Source: Tolypothrix carrinoi HA7290-LM1 (lineage in GTDB: Bacteria; Cyanobacteriota; Cyanobacteriia; Cyanobacteriales; Nostocaceae). From it: 64,000 bases of DNA. The stretch lies in NCBI GenBank assembly GCA_019358935.1, contig JAHHIK010000034.1, forward strand, positions 1 through 64,000. The letters run 5' to 3'. Under the pieces are notes generated by a model. It did not search any database and was not told the DNA's origin. It saw nothing but the letters and a program-made list of their open reading frames with translations. A program made the translations under genes and the position numbers. This document shows positions 60,000 through 64,000 of the stretch, in pieces; position 1 is the stretch's first letter, and each line of letters starts with the position of its first letter.

Positions 60000-61147
60000 T
60001 GAGTGAAAGGAAGAGAACGAACCGCAGAGGCACAGAGGACACAGAGAAGGAAATGGAGGTAAGTAAAGAGACGAGTGTATTAAGGGAACATGCGGAGGAA
60101 CTGTTTGCTGTTGAGTTGGCGGAGTTGGGGAAGGTGGATGGGAAGCAACGTCCGCCAAATTGGAGGTTGTCGCCTTGGGGGGTGGTAATGTATGTTTTGG
60201 GGGGAAGGTTGGATAATGGGTTTGAGGTGTCGCCGAAGTATATTGGGAATAGGCGGATAATTGAGGTTGCGACGGCTACTTTGACGACGGATAGGGCTTT
60301 GTTGTTGCTTGGTGTACCGGGAACGGCGAAATCTTGGGTTTCTGAACATTTGGCGGCGGCGATTTCGGGTGATTCAACGCTGTTAATTCAGGGTACGGCG
60401 GGAACGAGTGAGGAAGCGATTCGTTATGGTTGGAATTATGCGAAGTTATTGGCTGATGGTCCTTCGATGGCGGCTTTGGTTCAAAGTCCGTTGATGCGGG
60501 CGATGGAAGATGGCAAAATTGCCCGTGTGGAGGAGTTGACGCGCATTCCCGCAGATGTGCAGGATACATTAATTACTGTGCTTTCCGAGAAAACACTGCC
60601 GATACCTGAACTGAATTCTGAGGTGCAAGCGCGGAAGGGTTTTAGTGTGATAGCGACTGCAAATGACCGTGATAAGGGTGTAAATGAACTTTCTAGCGCT
60701 TTGAAACGCCGTTTTAACACGGTAGTTTTGCCTTTACCAAAGACTGTAGATGAAGAAGTGGAAATTGTGCAGTTACGGGTGGAAAGTTTGGGAAAAGCTT
60801 TAGAATTGCCAGCCGAACCCCCAGCGTTAGAGGAAATTCGCCGCATTGTGACTATATTTAGAGAATTGCGTAGCGGTGTTACGGAAGACGGGAAAACCAA
60901 GATTAAATCGCCTAGTAGTACTTTGAGTACAGCGGAAGTTATTTCTGTTGTGAATAATGGTATGGCACTATCGGCGCATTTTGGCGATGGAAATTTACAA
61001 GCAGCAGATGTTGCTTCTGGGCTGATTGGCGCGGTGATTAAAGACCCAGTGCAGGATAAAGTAGTTTGGCGCGAGTATTTGGAAACGGTGGTGAAAGAAA
61101 GGGATGGGTGGAAGGATTTATATCGCGCTTGTCGGGAGGTATCTTAG
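59996..61147 (+). CDS. MoxR-like AAA+ ATPase (YehL-like)
   Basis: GVPGTAKS, VEELTR, ATAN, LSSALKRRF. Confidence 0.92.
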   Translation: MMSERKRTNRRGTEDTEKEMEVSKETSVLREHAEELFAVELAELGKVDGKQRPPNWRLSPWGVVMYVLGGRLDNGFEVSPKYIGNRRIIEVATATLTTDRALLLLGVPGTAKSWVSEHLAAAISGDSTLLIQGTAGTSEEAIRYGWNYAKLLADGPSMAALVQSPLMRAMEDGKIARVEELTRIPADVQDTLITVLSEKTLPIPELNSEVQARKGFSVIATANDRDKGVNELSSALKRRFNTVVLPLPKTVDEEVEIVQLRVESLGKALELPAEPPALEEIRRIVTIFRELRSGVTEDGKTKIKSPSSTLSTAEVISVVNNGMALSAHFGDGNLQAADVASGLIGAVIKDPVQDKVVWREYLETVVKERDGWKDLYRACREVS

Positions 61148-61255
61148 AGGAAAGCAAATCGCATTCGCCTTTAGGCGTTCCCGGAGGGTAGCCGCAAAGA
61201 CGCAAAGATTTGTAGGTTGGGTACGCTGTGCGTACCCAACATGAATATATATAAG

Positions 61256-61480
61256 ATGAGCAAACCTAACTTTCAAGCAATGAACCAAAAAGAGTTGCAC
61301 GATTATGTTCTTACTCATCGAGACGATCAAGAAGCCTTTTATGCTTATGTAGACAAGCTACATACAGAGGGTAATTGGATTGAAATGCCTCCGTTACAGT
61401 CATTAGAGGATTTAGAAAATTATCCGGAGTTCAAAGCGCGTTTTCGTAATAGTTCCGAGCCGCGAGATAATGTAGTCTAG
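61256..61480 (+). CDS. DUF6887-like small protein
   Basis: MSKPNFQAM..EL..YVL.HRDD.EAF. Confidence 0.7.
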   Translation: MSKPNFQAMNQKELHDYVLTHRDDQEAFYAYVDKLHTEGNWIEMPPLQSLEDLENYPEFKARFRNSSEPRDNVV

Positions 61481-61604
61481 TCTTAATATGCAGACATTTT
61501 ATGCGATCGCCTGAATTAGACATTTTTTTTGCCAAAACGCGATCGCGTTTGAAAAAGCATTTCAATAAGTGATGTGTTTTGATTGACTCCTCACCCTTTT
61601 TACC

Positions 61605-64000
61605 ATGACCATTCACATCTTCGGTATCCGCCATCACGGTCCCGGTTCAGCACGCAGCCTGCGTCAAGCCCTAGAAACCCTTGAACCAGATACAATCCTC
61701 ATCGAAGGACCACCCGATGCCGAATCAATATTGCATCTGGTAGGTTCCCCCGCAATGCAGCCACCAGTCGCATTACTCATATATGTACCAGATAAGCCCC
61801 AAGAGTGCGTTTATTATCCGTTTGCCATCTTCTCACCAGAATGGCAAGCACTGCATTACGCCTTAACTAATAACATCCCCGTCCGCTTTATGGACTTACC
61901 CTTAGCGCACCGGATGGCGATAGGGGACAAGGAGACAGGGAGACAAGGGGACAAGGAGGACAAGGAGGACAAGGAGGATAATTCTTCTTTCCCCCCATCC
62001 CCCCCTCTCCCCATCCCCCCCACTCCCCCACTCCCCTCCTCCCTCGCTGAAGATCCGCTCTTGTGGCTATCTAAAGCCGCAGGTTACAGCGACGGCGATC
62101 GCTGGTGGGAACACATGGTAGAACAACGTCATAACAGCGTTGATTTGTTCGCCGCCATCCTCGAAGCAATGACCGCTGTGCGTCAGGATACACCGCCATT
62201 AACAGACCCTATAGAAGCACAGCGCGAAGCATATATGCGGAAAACTATCCGCGAAGCTGAAAAAACTGGCTTTCAAAGAATTGCAGTTGTCTGTGGCGCT
62301 TGGCACGCTCCAGCACTTTCCGATATATCAAATGTTAAAGAAGATACAGCACAACTAAAAGGACTACCCAAGATAAAGGTAGAGGCGACTTGGATACCTT
62401 GGACTTACAGACGTTTATCTTATAACAGTGGCTACGGTGCCGGTATAGAATCGCCCGGTTGGTATCATCATCTTTGGGAATGGGGACAAGGGAGACAAGG
62501 GGACAAGGGAGACAAGGGGACAAGGGAGACAAGGGGACAAGGGGAGGACACTTCCGTGCGGGGGTTCCCCCCCGTTAAGGAACGTGTCCGTGGACAAGGA
62601 GGACAAGGAGGCAATTTTTCTTTATCTCCCTTGTCTCCCCCCTCCCCCTTGTCTCCCTTGTCTCCCCCCTCCCCCCACTCCCCACTCCCCAACGCCAGTC
62701 GCTACAAACTCCTCCACCCCCGCAACGCGCTGGCTCCTCCCCACTCCCTAGTCCCTATTCGCTGGATGACGCAGGTTGCACATTTGTTACGCGAACAAGG
62801 TTTAGATGCTTCCTCAGCGCATGTAATTGAAGCGGTGCGGTTGGCGGAATCTTTGGCGGCTTTGAGAAATCGCCCTCTCCCAGGTCTTTTTGAATTAAAT
62901 GAAGCTACCCAAGCTGTGCTTTGTTTTGGCAGCGATTTACCGATGCGTCTGATTCACGATCAACTCATAGTTGGCGATCGCCTGGGCAAAGTCCCACCAG
63001 AAACGCCGATGGTGCCGTTGCAACAAGATTTAATCCGGCAACAAAAACGTTTGCACTTCAAGGCAGAAGTAACCGAAAAGACGCTAGATTTAGATTTAAG
63101 AAATAATAATGATTTAGAGCGATCGCACTTACTACACCGCCTCAATCTTTTAGAAATTCCTTGGGGACAACTTCAACTTTCAAGTAATAAAAAGGGTACT
63201 TTTCACGAATTCTGGCGTTTGCAGTGGCATCCAGAATTTGCTGTTAGCTTAATTGAAGCTGGTATTTGGGGCAATACTGTTAAAGATGCTGCTGCGAATA
63301 TTGCTTGTAACAAAGCAGATGCAGCAAATGATTTGCCAACACTGACAAATTTTTTAAATCAAGTAATATTATCTGATTTAGCTGATGCCGTTAGTTATCT
63401 AATGTCGCGTTTGGAAAATGCTGCGGCTTTAGTTAGTGATGTCACACATTTAATGGCAGCATTACCACCATTAGCAAATGTACTGCGTTACGGTAACGTC
63501 CGCTCATCAGATACCAAGATGATAACTCATGTAGTTGATAAGTTAGTAACGCGAATTTGCATTTCTTTACCCGGTGCTTGCGCTTCCTTGGATGACGATG
63601 CAGCAGCAGCAATGTACGATAATGTGATGAAAGTTAATAGTGCGATCGCTTTACTGCAAAATGAAGAACACATAACATCTTGGCAACAAGTATTATCGCA
63701 AATTTCCGACAATGAAAGACTACATAAACTAATCGCTGGTTGCTGTTGTCGTTTATTGCTAGATGCTGGTATTTTTAACGCCGATGAAGCAGCGCGACGC
63801 ATGAAATTAGCGCTTTCTCTTGCCACAGTTCCACCCCAAGCAGCTGCCTGGGTAGAAGGATTTCTCAAAGGTAGTGGTTTATTGCTTTTACATGATGATA
63901 TCCTTTGGCAAGTTTTAGACAATTGGATAACTCAATTACCTAGTGAATTGTTTACCGCTTTGCTACCATTATTGCGACGCACTTTTAGCAATTTTACCGC
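61605..64000 (+). CDS. DUF5682/YehM-like protein (partial, runs off the window) with two in-frame repeat inserts
   Basis: FGIRHHGPGSA, IEGP, FSPEWQA, REAYM, VVCGAWHAPAL, SGYGAG; frame is kept across both inserts. Confidence 0.88.
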   Translation, partial: MTIHIFGIRHHGPGSARSLRQALETLEPDTILIEGPPDAESILHLVGSPAMQPPVALLIYVPDKPQECVYYPFAIFSPEWQALHYALTNNIPVRFMDLPLAHRMAIGDKETGRQGDKEDKEDKEDNSSFPPSPPLPIPPTPPLPSSLAEDPLLWLSKAAGYSDGDRWWEHMVEQRHNSVDLFAAILEAMTAVRQDTPPLTDPIEAQREAYMRKTIREAEKTGFQRIAVVCGAWHAPALSDISNVKEDTAQLKGLPKIKVEATWIPWTYRRLSYNSGYGAGIESPGWYHHLWEWGQGRQGDKGDKGTRETRGQGEDTSVRGFPPVKERVRGQGGQGGNFSLSPLSPPSPLSPLSPPSPHSPLPNASRYKLLHPRNALAPPHSLVPIRWMTQVAHLLREQGLDASSAHVIEAVRLAESLAALRNRPLPGLFELNEATQAVLCFGSDLPMRLIHDQLIVGDRLGKVPPETPMVPLQQDLIRQQKRLHFKAEVTEKTLDLDLRNNNDLERSHLLHRLNLLEIPWGQLQLSSNKKGTFHEFWRLQWHPEFAVSLIEAGIWGNTVKDAAANIACNKADAANDLPTLTNFLNQVILSDLADAVSYLMSRLENAAALVSDVTHLMAALPPLANVLRYGNVRSSDTKMITHVVDKLVTRICISLPGACASLDDDAAAAMYDNVMKVNSAIALLQNEEHITSWQQVLSQISDNERLHKLIAGCCCRLLLDAGIFNADEAARRMKLALSLATVPPQAAAWVEGFLKGSGLLLLHDDILWQVLDNWITQLPSELFTALLPLLRRTFSNFT

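Overview
Chromosomal window from a filamentous, probably heterocyst-forming (Nostocales-like) cyanobacterium. The assignment rests on very frequent HIP1 octamers (GCGATCGC), heptamer/nonamer STRR tracts and a split-intein dnaE C-terminal gene. Housekeeping genes (hemE, oligopeptidase B, ppx, ubiA-type prenyltransferase, yqgF-DUF3727-mltG-yqeG-proB, rodZ, gatA, dnaE-c) are interleaved with accessory genes: two BrnTA pairs, a MazEF-like pair, HNH/Uma2/PD-(D/E)XK nucleases, an ABC-F gene with an attenuator-like leader, a MarR-VOC-HOD-like dioxygenase island, an XRE-linked putative toxin/immunity module and a SWIM-DUF5691-MoxR-DUF5682 operon that runs off the end. The most striking signal is a layer of small non-coding mobile DNA. 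It includes (i) a 193-bp structured element present twice at the same reconstructed TTGAAG^AAT target, (ii) a 346-bp gene-less IS200/IS605 derivative inserted after TTAC in an antitoxin gene, (iii) a ~45-bp covarying hairpin family that inserts in frame and into itself, (iv) 24-28-bp inserts in HIP1 sites and (v) TIR/TSD MITEs. No rRNA, tRNA or CRISPR array was recognised. All family assignments are by eye from motifs; no database search was run.
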